From: the human T2T-CHM13v2.0 reference genome, Homo sapiens
Direction: 5' to 3' (one strand)
Length of the DNA stretch: 64,000 nt
Assembly (NCBI RefSeq): GCF_009914755.1
Contig: NC_060926.1
Position 1 is the first letter of the stretch. The number at the start of each line of letters is the position of its first letter. Shown one piece after another: positions 1-29,114 of the stretch. The notes beneath the pieces were generated by a model. It ran no database searches and was not told the origin of the DNA. It worked only from the letters and a program-made list of their open reading frames with translations. Made by a program: the position numbers and the translations under genes.

Positions 1-150
1 CAAAGTTAGCACGTTTTACATGACATGGCGTGATATTTTAAAGAATAATTACTAATAATGGCACAGAAAATTTTTGAGTGTCTAAAATTCCATTATTCTA
101 TAATCAATGAAGTAAAAGGTTACTCAGTAAGTACAGTACATAATGATTAC

Positions 151-282
151 CTGATAAGTGCATTGAGTGGAATTTTCTTCCATGGGATACCTTGTTTAAG
201 CAAGTCATTTGCAAATGACTGGAGTGAAAATAGAGATTGTAGAATAGCATTCATATAGCAGGTATTTCCCAAATTGGAGAAG
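151..282 (-). CDS. USP37: USP37 coding exon 9 (aa 342-385, GFSNLGNTCYMNAILQSL...NALI); USP Cys box, catalytic Cys350 codon at 260-258
   Basis: ttcag|CTTC acceptor and CAG|gtaatc donor; 132 nt; canonical G-x-x-N-x-G-N-T-C-Y-M-N motif of C19 peptidases. Counting through the spliced exons places the Cys at residue 350. The gene continues past the window start. Confidence 0.98.
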
Positions 283-344
283 CTGAAAATTAAAGAAATA
301 GTGCTTTAGAAGGCAACAGGAATTCCTAAAGTATGTTCAGTATA

Positions 345-549
345 GTAGGAGTTCTCCACTTTATGTTTCAGAATCACCTGGAGGGCTTGTTAAACTACAT
401 ATTACTACACCCTAACCCCAAGGTTTCTGATTCAGTAGGTTTGGACACAAATGTGTCCAAAAAAAGAAGGCACAAAAATGTCCATTTCTAACAAGTTACT
501 AGATCACGTTGATGCTGCTGGTCTGGGGACTCTACTTTGAGAACTACTG
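345..549. mobile_element. MER5A-type hAT-Charlie MITE
   Basis: Hallmarks cagaatcacctggagggcttgttaaa, tctgattcagtaggt and ctttgagaactactg. Confidence 0.8.
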
Positions 550-1107
550 CATTATGACATTATAATAATAGGCCAGGCGCAGTGGCTCATGCCTGTAATC
601 CAAGCACTTTGGGAGGCCGAGGCAGGCAGATCACTTGAGGTCAGTAGTTTGAGACCAGCCTGGCCAATATAGTGGAACACTGTCTCTACTAAAAACACAA
701 AAATTAGCCAGGCATGGTGGTATGCGCCTGTAATCGCAGCTACTTGCAGGCTGAGGCACGAGAATCGCTTGAACCCAGGAGGCAGAGGTTGCAGTGAGCC
801 AAGATTGTGCCATTGCACTCCAGCCTCAGCAACAGAGTGAGACTCTGTCTCAAAATAAATAAAATAAATAAATAAATAATAACTTAGTTTGATCTAATGG
901 AAAAGTATACATTTTCAAAATTAATGCTAAACATGACTGGGGGCTTAACTAAAGTGCTTTTCATTCTTACTTATAATTTATTTTTTCATTTAAATATAAC
1001 TTATTCATTTCTCTGAAAATGAATGCTCAGAAAAGGAATTACTGGGTCATAGAATATATGTGTTTAGGTACTGCCAAATCTTTTTCCTAAGTACAAATAT
1101 ATTTTAA

Positions 1108-1209
<102 letters not shown>

Positions 1210-1211
1210 TA

Positions 1212-1478
<267 letters not shown>

Positions 1479-2924
1479 TTACCTGGATTCACCAACTGTT
1501 ATACTTCTGTAATGTGCACTTCATCACTTAATATCCCTCTCTCTATATATTTTTCTGAAACCATTTCAGAGTAAGTTGCATTTATTAAACCCCTTTAGTT
1601 CTAAATACTTTAGTGTATATTTCATAAGACCATTCTTATAAATAATCAGAGTACAATTATCAGCATCAGTAAATGTAACACTGATACAATATTCTATCTA
1701 ATATACGTTTCTTAATTCAATTTTGTCAACAGATCCAAGAAGGTTCTTTATAGCTTTTCTTCCCTCACTTAGGTACAAGATTCAGTCCAGGATCACATGC
1801 TGTTTTCATGTATGTCTCTTTAGTTTTCTTTAATCTGGAGTAAGTCCTCAGCTTTCTCTTACATGACACTGACATTTTTGAAGAATACAGTTCTCCCTAC
1901 CCTGGGTTGTTTTATTTTTGTTTTTGAGACAGGGTCTTGCTCTGTTGTCCTGGCTGGAGTGCAGTGGTGTGATGACAACGTACTGCAGCCTCAACCTCCC
2001 GGGCTCGAGCAATCCTCCCACCTCAGCTTCCCCACTACAATGTGTGCCACTATGCCTGGGTAATTTTTTAATTTTTGTAGAGATGGATCTCACTATGTTG
2101 CCTAGGCTGGTATTGAACTCCAGGGCTCAAGCAATCCTCCTTCCTTGGCCTCCCAAAGTGTTGGGATTACAGGCGTGAGCCACTGCACCCAGCCTGTTTT
2201 TTTCGTTTTTTCTTTTTTTAGACAGAGTCTTGCTCTGTTGCCCAGGATGGAGTGTAGTGGCGTGATCTCAGTTCACTACAACCTCTGCCTCCCGGGTTCA
2301 AGCAAGTCTCATGCCTCAGCCTCCCAAATAACTAGGGTGACAGGCGTGTGCCACCACACGCAGCTAATGTTTGTATTCATTTATTTATTTATTTATTTAT
2401 TTTGAGACGGAGCCTTGCTCTGTTGCCCAGGCTGGAGTGCAGTGGTGTCATCTCGGCTTACAGCAACTTCCATCTCCCAGGTTCAAGCAATTCTCCTGCC
2501 TGAGCCTCCTGAGTAGCTGGGATTACAGGTGTGCACCACCAGGCCTGGCTAATTTTTTTGTATTTTTAGTAGAGGTTTCATCATGTTGATCAGGTTTGTC
2601 TTGAACTCCTGATCTGCCCGCCTTTGCCTCCCAAAGTGTTGGGATTACAGGCATGAGCCACCGTGCCCAGCCTGTATTTTTAATAGAGACGGCGTTTCCC
2701 CATGTTGGCCAGGCTGCTCTCGAACTCCTGACCTCAAGTGATTCACCTGCCTCAGCCTCCCAGAGTGCTGGGATTACAGGTGTGAGGCACTTCACCTGAC
2801 CTAGCCTTATTTTTAATAGAACATCCCTCATACTGGGTTTGCTATTTCCTCATGATGAGATTCAGCCTAAACTGGAAGAGCACATGAACAAACAGTGATA
2901 CCATGTCATGCCTTTTTTTTTTTT

Positions 2925-3163
2925 TTGAGAGCTTGTTTGGAGTTTCTAGCAGGGGAGTGCAGCTACTCGTATACTCTTGGCTGAAGACCAGTCCTCCTCT
3001 ATTGGGGATGGTCATCCTCTTTGACTGAGCACGCAGGTTTGCGACAGACACACATGGAGTGGTGAGGGAGGAAGGGGATACCCGCCTAGCCAGTCAGATC
3101 AGCCAAATCAACCCTGGTGAACAACGGGGTGACAGATGTCACAGTCAGATCGCCCTCACATCC
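2925..3163 (-). pseudogene. 7SK snRNA retropseudogene covering nt 1-239 of 7SK, 3'-truncated and followed by an A-run
   Basis: The reverse complement reads GGATGTGAGGGCGATCTG...TCCAAACAAGCTCTCAA, colinear with 7SK and showing CpG decay. A T14 run lies at 2913-2926 on the plus strand. Confidence 0.95.
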
Positions 3164-3559
3164 AATCTTTTTTTTTTTTTTTTTGAGAGGGTCTCATTCT
3201 GTTGCCCAGGCTGGAGCACAGTGGCACAATCTTGGCTCCCTGCAACCTCGACCCCCCCGGACTCAGATGATCCTCCCACCTCAGCTTCCTGAGTAGCTGG
3301 GGTTACAAATGCGCACCACCATGCCAGGCTAATTTTGTATTTTTTTGTAGAGACAGAATTTTGTCATGTTACCCAGGCTGGTTTTGAACTCCTGGGCTCA
3401 AGCAATCTGCCTGCCTTGACCTCCCAAAGTGTTGAGATTATAGGTGTGAGCCACATGTCTGGTGGACACTGTATCCTTCTAAGGGCATCACATCCAGGAA
3501 TACATGATATTCCTGTGTTGCCCATGGGTGATGTCAATTTTGAGTACCTGAGAGAACTA

Positions 3560-6300
<2,741 letters not shown>

Positions 6301-8361
6301 TCTGGCCTAATATACAAATTTCTGACCTAAGTTCTACTTTACTGGGTATCAGGACTGCAGCCTCTGATTTCTTATTGTTTCCATTAAATAATCTCTCCCT
6401 CCCTTTATTATAATACTTTTTGAATTACTGTTCTACGTATATTTCTAGTATGCAGCACAGAGTTCAGTTTTGCTTTATGAGACAGTTTTAGACTTTTTAT
6501 ATTGCTGTTAACCCCTTTATCATAAATTTTTAAAATCATCTAGCCTGTCCATTTTATTATTTTATGTTAGAGACAAGGTCTTGCTCTGCCACTTAGGCTG
6601 GAGCACAGTGGCACGACCATAGCTCACTGAAACTTTAAACTTCTGGGCTCAAGCAATCCTCCAGCCTCAGTCTCCCCGGTAGCTGGGATTAAAGACATGT
6701 ACCACCATGTTGGGCTAATTTTTTATTTTATTTTATTATTTGTAGACAGAGGGTCTTGCTATGTGGCCCAGGCTGGTCTTGAATTCCTAGCCTCAAGTGA
6801 TCCTCCCATTTCAGCCTCCCAAAGCGCTAGGATTACAGATGTGGGCCACTGTGCCTGGCCTAGCCTGCTCATTTTATTTATTTTTTTATTTTTGTAGAGA
6901 CAGGGTCTTACTATGTTGTCCAGGCTGGTCTTGAACTCTCAAGCTCAAGTGATCCCTCCAACTTGGCCTCCTGAAGTGTTGGGATTACAGGCGTGAGCCA
7001 TTACACTCAGCCTATTCATTTTAAATGGTATCCTTTGACTCACACCTATTACTTTATGAAACAGTCAACTACATTATTCTACTTTCTTCCTTCTCTCTCT
7101 TCACCCATTTTCTTTTAGTTGCAATCTTACTACTTTATCAGAAAAAAAAATTTGGGGGGAAATAGTGTCTCATTTTGTCACTCAAACTAGAGTGCAGTGG
7201 TGTGACCACGGTTCACCGTGGCCTCGACCTCCCAGGCTCAAGCAATCCTCCCATCTCAGCCTCCCAAGCAGATGGAACTACAGGTGTGCACAACCACACT
7301 TAGCTAAATTTTTTTTGTATTTTTTGTAGAGATGTGGTTTTTCTGTGTTTCCCAGGCTGGTCTCGAACTCCTGAGCTCAAGTGATCTGCCTGCCTCAGAC
7401 TCCCAAAGTGCTGGGATTACAGGTGTTAGCCATCATGCCCAGCTGACATAATGTTTATATACCATTCTTTTATATGTATTCTCACCATTGTTTGTCTTAG
7501 TTCTATAACTGAATATATGAAATGTTCATCATTTACGTTTTTGTCAATGTTTCTCCAGTTACTCTTGGACGCATGAAGCTCATTTTCTGTAGAGTCCTCA
7601 GGAAGAGCAAATGTGTGTATAGTATTCCAAGTTCTTATACTCCAAACCTTTTTTCTCTAGCTTGCATATTTGACATCTTGGCTTGGCATGAAATCTTTGT
7701 TTCACACCTCCTTTCATTGAGTTTCTTGAAAATGATGTTAGTGTTATCCTGCTTTGCATGATGATTTTGAGAAGTCTGATGCCAGACTATTTCTGTTGCC
7801 CTTGTAAGTTATTTCATCTTTTTGATTCAGGAACTGAGGATTTTTCCTTGTCTTTAAAGTCTAATAGTTGTACTAAGATATGTCTTGATTATTCTAGGTC
7901 AATTTTCCAGATTGAAAGAGCTGGAAAGCTCTTTCAATATACAGATTCGAGACTTTTATTTCAGTGAAGTCTTCTTGGATTATAGCTGTTTTGTTGTTTT
8001 TTTTTGAGACAAAGTCTTGCTCTCTGTCACCCAGGCTGGAGTGCAGTGGACTATCATGGTTCACTGCAGCCTTGACCTCCTGGACTCAAGCAAGCCTCTT
8101 GCCTCAGTCCCCTGAGTATCTGGGACCAGAGGTGCACGCCACCAAGCCCAGCTAATTTTTGTACTATTTGTAGAGATGGGGTTTCGCTATGTTGCCCAGA
8201 TTGGTCTCGAATTCCTGGGCTCAAGAGATCTACCCACCTCTGCCTCCCAAAGTGCTGGTATAACAGGCATGAGTCACCATGCCCAGCAGGATTATAGTTT
8301 TTAACACTACTTCTGTCTCAATGCTTTAATCTTCTTCTTCCGGGACACTAATTATATGTAA

Positions 8362-8769
<408 letters not shown>

Positions 8770-8867
8770 TAAAGCCCATTTCCATTTGAAATTATTTTCA
8801 CTTGAGTATCTTTAATTTAAAACTTCATTTTCAATATGTCTTTTCTTCTCCATCTTTTCTGAGTTAA

Positions 8868-9146
<279 letters not shown>

Positions 9147-11334
9147 TGACCTCAAGTGATCCGCCTGCCTTGGCCTCCCAAAGTGCTAGGTTTACAGGTG
9201 TGAGTGGTGCCTGGATTTTTATTCATGCTACTTTTTCATATTTTCAAGTGCTTCTTTCAAGGTATTTAATTATATTTATTTATTTATTTATTTGTTTTTT
9301 TGAGATGGAGTCTCACAGTTGTCCAGGCTGGAGTAGAGTGGTGCAATCTCGGCTCACTGCACTCTGCCTCCCTGGTTCAAGTGATACTCCCTCCTCTGCC
9401 TCCCAAGTAGCTGGGATTACAAGCTTGTGCCACCATGCCCAACTAATTTTTGTATTTTTAGTACAGACAGGGTTTCACCATGTTGGCCAGGCTAGTCTCG
9501 AACTCTTGACCTCAAGTTATCCGCCTGCCTCGGCCCCTCAAAGTGCTGGGATTACAGGTGTGAGCCACAGTGCCTGGCCTTAATTCTATTTAGCGTCTAC
9601 CCACTGTAAACGGTTTACTTCATGGTTTGTTGTAGGGGGCAGAATTTTCACTGGCTGAAATATTTTGATTCATGCTTCTGTTTTTTTCTTATAGTCATTT
9701 TTTTATGGAAGTGGCCTGCTTTTTTACATTCCTATTCATTTTGTGAATAGGGCTTAATTGAAGCACTTAGTTTAGCAAAGTATAGTTTCTTTAATGGATG
9801 AGAATGATGGAGGTGGAGGGAGGGGAAAAAGAGAGGTTGGCACGTCTTGTTTCCCTTTCATTTTGACATGATCCTTAATTTTCTTCTCTTGCTTCTAAAT
9901 CAAGTTTCCAGACTTGGCTAATTCTTCTCTATAAGTAATGATTCTTTGAGGCTGTTATTCTGGTACCACTGACATTCAAGCCTCTTCCCTATAACTAGTT
10001 CTGCAAACTACCAAGATCCAGATTCAGTATTTTGCTACTTATTATTGGATTTTATGTTTCTGGGAGTGATTTTCTTCAGTGCTTCATCTAAGTCTTCCAC
10101 TCCTATAAATTATTTTTCATGGAATCCCTTAGGCTCCCTTCCCTAACTCTCAGCACCCACAGGCTTAACCAGTAGAAAACAGGAACACTGAAGGAATTTG
10201 GTTTGCTTCTGTTCTGAAGAAGGTAACTTAAAGGTGGTGGTATTGTCTCCTAGCAATGCTGAAGCATAGATTATGTGTGCTTTTCTTTGTACTCCTGGTT
10301 AATCTTATGGGTTTTTTTGGAGGATTTGTGAGGAACATTGCAATTAGGCAGTCTCCATTACCCTTTAGACCTGGTAGTTTTCTACTCAGTTTTTTTTTCT
10401 TTTTTTTTTTTTAAAGGAGTTCTTAGTCCTGAGTACTTACACTGCTTGAAATTACACTAAACTAATTCCTGGAAGAAGTCTAAAAAAGAGGAAAGATGTA
10501 TTTCTAGAGATGGGTATAGGTACTATACAGAAATGAAAGAAACACTGAAGAAGCCTAGAGTACCAAGGGTGGCAACTCACAAGGCTCTCAAAAGAGTCTG
10601 AAGGAGGTGAATAACAGAAACCACAAGTAAACTAAAATATATACAGGAGAAGGCAATAGGAAAATGAAACAAGTAAGATCAGGGTAGACAGAGACACAGA
10701 CCCAGATGAAGAATGGTCACAAAATGGGATAGATAAGACCAATATAAAATGTTGTCTGGTTAGGAGGCAGCAAGATAACTGAGGTTGAACAATTAGAATG
10801 AAGAACAAAGGAAATTAAGCATTTGACTGGAAAGCAAACATCATAGAAGAGTAGAAAAGATGAAGATTAAAGAAAGCAACAGGTAAGCAGAAAGGAGAGT
10901 GAATTGTTTTCACTGCAAATTTTATGATGTTTTCTGCCAATATATGAAGCATATAAACTACTACGGATAAGCCATTTGGCAAATACCACTCATTCAAGTA
11001 ATGTTGTAAGTTTAAAGCTGGTATAAAAGCAGTACTTTGAGTGAGATTAAAAACAAATAAGTTAATAGGTTATGAGAGAGCAGTTTGGTAAAAACAATTA
11101 AAAATTTCAAACTGTCTTCCTTAGTCTTAATCCTTAACAATTTTACTTCCGACAATTTATCCTACAGAAAATTTCCAACAAGCATTAAAAACATACATAT
11201 GTGTATAACGATCTTCACTCTAGCCTGAATTACATTTGGAAAAAAGAGAAACCTTATGCACACTTACATGGTTGAAAGTTCTGTATTAATATACATAGGT
11301 GCCAAGATTAATGTGCAGTGAAAAAGATAACAGA

Positions 11335-11588
11335 GAAGCAATATAGCATAGTGATTAAGAATGCAACTGCAGCACTACTGCCTGGATTTACTACTGCTGT
11401 ACTACTGACTATATCACTTTGAGCAAGTTAATTAACTTTGCTAAGCCTTATTTTATTCATAAAACCAGATTTTTAATATATCTATCTCAAAGACTTGTTG
11501 CGAAGATTTAAAATTAAAAAAAAATCAATTTAAGCACTTAGCAGACAGTATCTGGCATGTAATAAACACTTTAGGTAATAGAGCTACT
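11335..11588 (+). mobile_element. MIR SINE
   Basis: tatagcatagtgattaagaatgc start, actttgagcaagttaattaac core, aagcacttagcagacagtatctggc end. Confidence 0.7.
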
Positions 11589-20560
<8,972 letters not shown>

Positions 20561-20582
20561 TGCTGCATGTCTGGACACTGAA

Positions 20583-21339
20583 CAGTATTTAATCAAATCT
20601 AAGATACAACCAATTATAAGACATAACATTTATTTCAGGTAGTACTAAGAAAGAAAAAACAATGTCAACCAAAGTATATAATGACTTCTATGGCTTAGAA
20701 TTTTTACTTCTTACTGGAAGCTTTTTATGTAACTAGATACACATTTTTATCATGTTGCTCTTATACAAAAAGGAAAATATAAAACCGGTTAAGATATTTC
20801 TAATAACTCACATTCAGAATCTGAATCTTCTGAATCATTTTTCCCACCCAGGGTCATAGATTTTTCAGTTTTTCCAAAAAGTGCTGCTACCTGTGCTACT
20901 AAAAACAAAGGTGATGTTGTATTTCTTCTTTCTTTCTTTTCTTTTTTCTCCAATTAAGCCCACAGTGTGATGATGCTGCATTTCTAGATAGTAAATAGTG
21001 CCACACTATGTCTCCGGGAGTTTCCTTCTAAGCCAATGACATTCATTTGGCAAGGTCTAATACTGAGGTTATCTTAATCTTACCAAAAGAAGCCCACAGA
21101 TTTTCAGATCACAACTAGAATTTGCTGCCCTTTCTTAAGTGGTCATTTTAAGTGGTCTGACTAAAAAATATAGTTTTTCAGTAATACCACAAATGACAAC
21201 CAAGTCTGCTAATGTGCAGGTAATGCCAACTATGTTACAACTGCCTCCTGGCAGCAATTTAAGATGTCACAATATCTGATATACTTCCATTGTAAATACT
21301 AATGTGAAAAAATGTACATCTAAGAATTATAGAAATATG
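20583..21339 (-). mobile_element. Kanga/MER104-type Tc2-like DNA transposon remnant
   Basis: Degenerate terminal inverted repeats (cagtatttaatcaaatctaagat ... atctaagaattatagaaata); degenerate pogo-like transposase C-terminus on the minus strand. Confidence 0.6.
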
Positions 21340-22008
21340 TTGAGGTGTAGTAGGAAAATGTCTTCCCCCAGAGAGAATTTTCATTTAGTACATTTATTAT
21401 GTCAATCATCTAGGATACTAGCCACTTATAATCAACTTAATTAAATTTCAGTGCTTGCAATAACTGGGCCATACAGATTAATAAAATTCACAGAAAGGCT
21501 GGCTTACTTCTAGCTCATCCTTATTCCCAGAGGGAACCCTTCAGTACACACTGAAATATGTGGAGTAATGTACTAGGCTCCCTATATTGGTAGGTCCTAG
21601 CCTCTATTGTCCTTCTAGACTCATGAGTGTGTCAAAAGCACTGCTTGGTCTTTCAGCAATCTCTTCTGGTTCAGCCAACGTGCTTGGGAACTCTGGATTT
21701 CCTCCTCCCTTCTCGGTTTGGTAATTCCTCACACTCCTATCAGTTTTTTCTTGTTTGTTTTTTGTTTTTTTTTTCTGAGACAGAGTCTCCCTCTGTCCCA
21801 GGCTGGAGTGCAGTAGTGGCGGGATCTTGGCTACTCGGGAGACTGAGGTAGAAGAATAGCATGAACTGGGGAGGCAGAGGTTGCAGTGGCTAATTTTTGT
21901 ATTATTAGTAGAGACGGGGTTTCACCACGTTGGCCAGGCTGGTCTTGCACTCCTGACCTCATGATCCACCCACCTGAGGCTCCCAAAGTGCTGGGATTAC
22001 AGGCGTGA

Positions 22009-22296
<288 letters not shown>

Positions 22297-22442
22297 TGAT
22301 CCACCCACCCACCTCAGCCTCCCAAAGTACTGGGATTATAGACATGAGCCACTGAGCTTGGCCAATTTTTTCTTTTAATTTTTATATTTGTTAATTTTTT
22401 TTCAAAGTTAACAATTCTTTATTATCATCATCTAATACCTGA

Positions 22443-22652
<210 letters not shown>

Positions 22653-22973
22653 TAGTAGAGATGGGGTTTCTTCATGTTGGTCAGGCTTGTCTCAAACTCC
22701 CGACCTCGGGTGATCGGCCCACCACAGCCTCCCAAAGTACTGGGATTACAGGTGTGAGCCACTGTGCCTGGCCCTTGCCAACAGTTTTACAAAAAAGTGT
22801 TATTCCCAGTTTATTCTTACCAAGATCCAACCAAAGTCCATATATTACATTTGGTTTTTATATCTCTTAAATCATTTATAACCTTTAAGAGTGCTCTCCT
22901 GACTCCCTGCAACCTTTACTTGACATGACATCAACTTGGTGAAGAGAACAGGCCAGCTGTCCCTCAGAATAGC

Positions 22974-23396
22974 TGATATAGTTTGGATATTTGTCCCTGC
23001 CCAAATCTCATGTAAAATCATAATACCCAATGTTGGAGGTGGGGCTTGGTGGAAGGTGATTGGATCATGGAGGTGGATCCTTCGTGAACACTTTAGCACT
23101 ATCCTGGTGCTAAACTTGGTGCTGTTCTCCTGATAGAGTCCTCATGAGATCTGGTCATTTAAAAGTGTATGGTACCTCCCCCTTCTCACTCTCTTCCTCC
23201 TTCTCTGACCATGTGAAGTGCTGGCTCCCACTTTGCCTTCTGCCATGATTCTAAGTTCCCTGTGGCCTCCCCAAAAGCTGACGCTGCCATGCTCCCTGTA
23301 CAGCCTGCAGAACTGTGTGTCAATTAAACCTCTTTTCTTTATAAATTATCCGGTTTCATGTATTTCCTTATAGCAATGTGAGAACAGACTAATACA
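22974..23396 (+). mobile_element. MST-family (MaLR) solo LTR
   Basis: TG...CA ends (tgatatagtttggat ... gaacagactaataca); attaaa signal; 5-bp flanks atagc/atagg match at 4 of 5 positions. Confidence 0.9.
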
Positions 23397-23449
23397 ATAG
23401 GCTACTTTCAGATTTTGTCCATGCATTCCTTGCCTTTAGATCTAGAGAT

Positions 23450-23808
23450 TTTATTTTTTAAATTTTACCTCAAGTTCTGGGAAACTGTACAGAATGTACA
23501 GGTTTGTTACATATAGATGTGCCATGGTGATTTGCTGCATCTATCAACCCACCATCTAGGTTTTAAGCCCCGCATGCATTACATATTTGTCCTAATGCCC
23601 TCCCCTCCCCTTGCCCTCCATCCCCCAACAGGCCCTACTGTGTGATGGTCCCCTCCCTGTGTCCATGTGTTCTCATTGTTCAACTGCCACTTATGAGTGA
23701 AAACATGCAGTGTTTGGTTTTCTGTTCCTGTATCAGTTTGCTGAGAATGATGGCTTCTAGCTTCATCCATGTCCCTGCAAAGGACATGAACTCATTCTTT
23801 TTTATGCC
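23450..23808 (-). mobile_element. L1PA 3'-end fragment
   Basis: Reverse complement of the L1 3'UTR and ORF2 end (tgcaaaggacatgaactcattc). Confidence 0.9.
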
Positions 23809-23981
23809 TGCAATATTTGTTCATTTTTTCCCCACCTGACTAAAAAGTCTGGATCCTACACTAATTTTTAATTTCATCTGTACCACAATCCAAGTAGTCC
23901 CCATATATGCACAAGATTGTTTCTGGGTCTTTATTTTGCTCCAGGGATTAAAGATTAATTCTAATGCATCCCCTGTAATAA

Positions 23982-24338
<357 letters not shown>

Positions 24339-24533
24339 TAGGCCTTCTTCAAAATTATCTTGGCTATTCTTATAAGCTTACTTATAAGAAATAGAATTTA
24401 AGCCTGAGCACACTGGCTCATGCCTGTAAGCCCAGCACTCTGGGAGGTCAAAGAGGGAGGATTGCCAGAGGCAAGGAGTTTGAAACCAGCCTGGCCAACA
24501 TAGAAAGACCCCATCTCTCTCTTTTTTTTTTTA

Positions 24534-24656
<123 letters not shown>

Positions 24657-24929
24657 CTAGGTGACAGAGGGAAACTCCACCACAAAAAAAAAAAAAAAAG
24701 TTTAGATTCTTTTTTTTTTGTATGGGCGGGGGTTCCACAAAAAGTACTTTGTGAGACTTCAACTGGAACTACCTTAAATTTTTTTATTAATTTGGGGATA
24801 AATGATATCCTTGAGCTTTGTTTACTTAGGTCTTCCATTATGTCCCTTAGTAATCCTTTTCTTCATAAAAATACATATTTTATTAGATTTATTCCTATCT
24901 CACTGATTTTGTAGTTCTTATAAATAGTA

Positions 24930-25583
<654 letters not shown>

Positions 25584-26678
25584 TTTTCTGTTACAGTTTA
25601 CATTTTATTATTGCTGGATTTAGAAACACCATTAATTTTGTGAATTGATCTTGTATTCCAGAAACCTTATAAAGCTGTTTTTTGGCGGGGGGGTCTTTTT
25701 TCATCCTTTTTCTGTGGAGAACAGGATGTTACTATGTTGCCCAGGCAGGTCTTGAACTCCTGGGCTCAAGCTATCCCCCTGCCTTTGCCCCCTTAAGTAC
25801 TGTGATAATAGGTGTGAGCCACTGAACCCGGCCTAGAGCACTTTAATTTGTTTTAATAACCTCTGGTGATTCTCTTTGTGTTAAATATTTAACAGATCAC
25901 ACAGTCTGCAAATTATGACAATTCTGTTTTTCCCCTTTCCAATCCCCAAACCTCTTTATTTCATTTTCTTGTCCTACTGCATTGGCTAAAACCTTCAGAA
26001 CAATATCACCCTGTTCTTGACTTTGATGGGAATACTTCTCAAAGTTTCATAATTGTAATGTGATTTAAGTTTTTGACAGATAACTTTTTATCAAACTAGG
26101 AACATAATGCTCTGTTCCTAATATGCTAAAAGTAGGTATCATCAATGGCTATCAAATAGTTTTAAAAATCTACCACAATCCCAAAAGAGTTTTCTAATGT
26201 TTACTTTTGCATTTCTGGGATATACCCTACTCAGTCACTGTGTATCATTTTCAATGCCCTATTAGATTCAACTGTTAAAATTTTATTTTGGATTTTTCTG
26301 TGTTCATATGTGAAAAACTATAATTTTCTCTTCTCATATTGCTGTTACAAGGTTTTATTAAATTCCTAGATTAGTTATGTAGCCTTTCCTGTTTTGTAGA
26401 GATGGGGGTCTTGCTATCTTGCCAAGACTAGTCTTGAACTCCTGGATTCAAGTGATCCTCCCACCTAGTCCTCCCAAAGTGCTGAGATTATAGGTGTGAA
26501 CCACTGCTCCACTCCCAGCCATCTTTAACTTTTTAATATGTCTATGTAATTGCAGCCTCCTCTGAAACTAAAGCTTGAAATATTTTAATTTCCCTGAATC
26601 TTCTCCACTCCTGTATTTCTTTTGTCCAGTGTTTTATTAAGTATTGGCTTTTAATCCAACAACATCCTCCTTTGATAG

Positions 26679-26849
<171 letters not shown>

Positions 26850-26960
26850 TGAGTAGCTGGGACTACAGGCACGCACCACCACGCCTGCCTAATTTTTGCA
26901 TTTTTAGTAAAGACAGCGTTTCGCCATGTTGGCCAGGCTGGTCTCGAACTCCTGACCTCA

Positions 26961-27053
<93 letters not shown>

Positions 27054-27805
27054 TTATGTCTCAAAAGGGAAAATGAAAACTAGGAGTTAGGAAAGAAAAG
27101 AAGATCTTCTTTACTGTATACACCCTATGTCATTTGAATTTTCTACCACATTCACTTATTAGCTAAAAGATAAACTTTAAAAACATTTAGATTAAAAAAT
27201 ATACTTTAAAATTGTTTTTATTCACTGATTTTTCTTATCACTCCTTCCTTGTTCAGTTTTCTTTTTGATGAATTAATTCTATCTGTCTTTGCACATCTGA
27301 AAAATAACATTCTTGGTCAGGTGCAGTCGCTCGTGCCTGTAATCCCAGCACTTTGGGAGGCTGAGGCAGGCGAATCACTTGAGCCCAGGAGTTTGAGACT
27401 AGCCTGGGCAACATGGTGAAACTCCGTGTCTACGAAAAATACCAAAAAAATAGCCAGGTGTGGTGGCACACACCTGTAGTCCCAGCTACTGGGGGGGTTG
27501 TGGGTGGGAGGATCACCTGAGCCCAGGAGGCTGAGGCTGCAGTGAGCCATGATTATGCCACTACACTCCAGGCTGGGTGACAGAGTGAGACCCTGTCTAA
27601 AAAATAAATAAATAAATATTGCATTCTTTGTCTATATTCTTGAAATATAATTTAGCTAGGTATAGAAGTTTTTGATACTGTTACTCTGCTAATAATATCT
27701 AACTATCTGCTTCCTATTCCAATAGTGTTAATGTCAATCTGATTTCTCCACTTTTATAGAGGATGTATTTTCTTTCGGGTAGCTTCTAAAATTTTACAAT
27801 ATAAA

Positions 27806-28700
<895 letters not shown>

Positions 28701-28721
28701 GACAAAATGTGGATTTTTTAA

Positions 28722-29114
<393 letters not shown>

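Noticed and set aside
58-258. Plus-strand ORF overlapping the catalytic exon (similarly 51877-52116)
   Set aside because: Antisense shadow of real exons, with no independent support.
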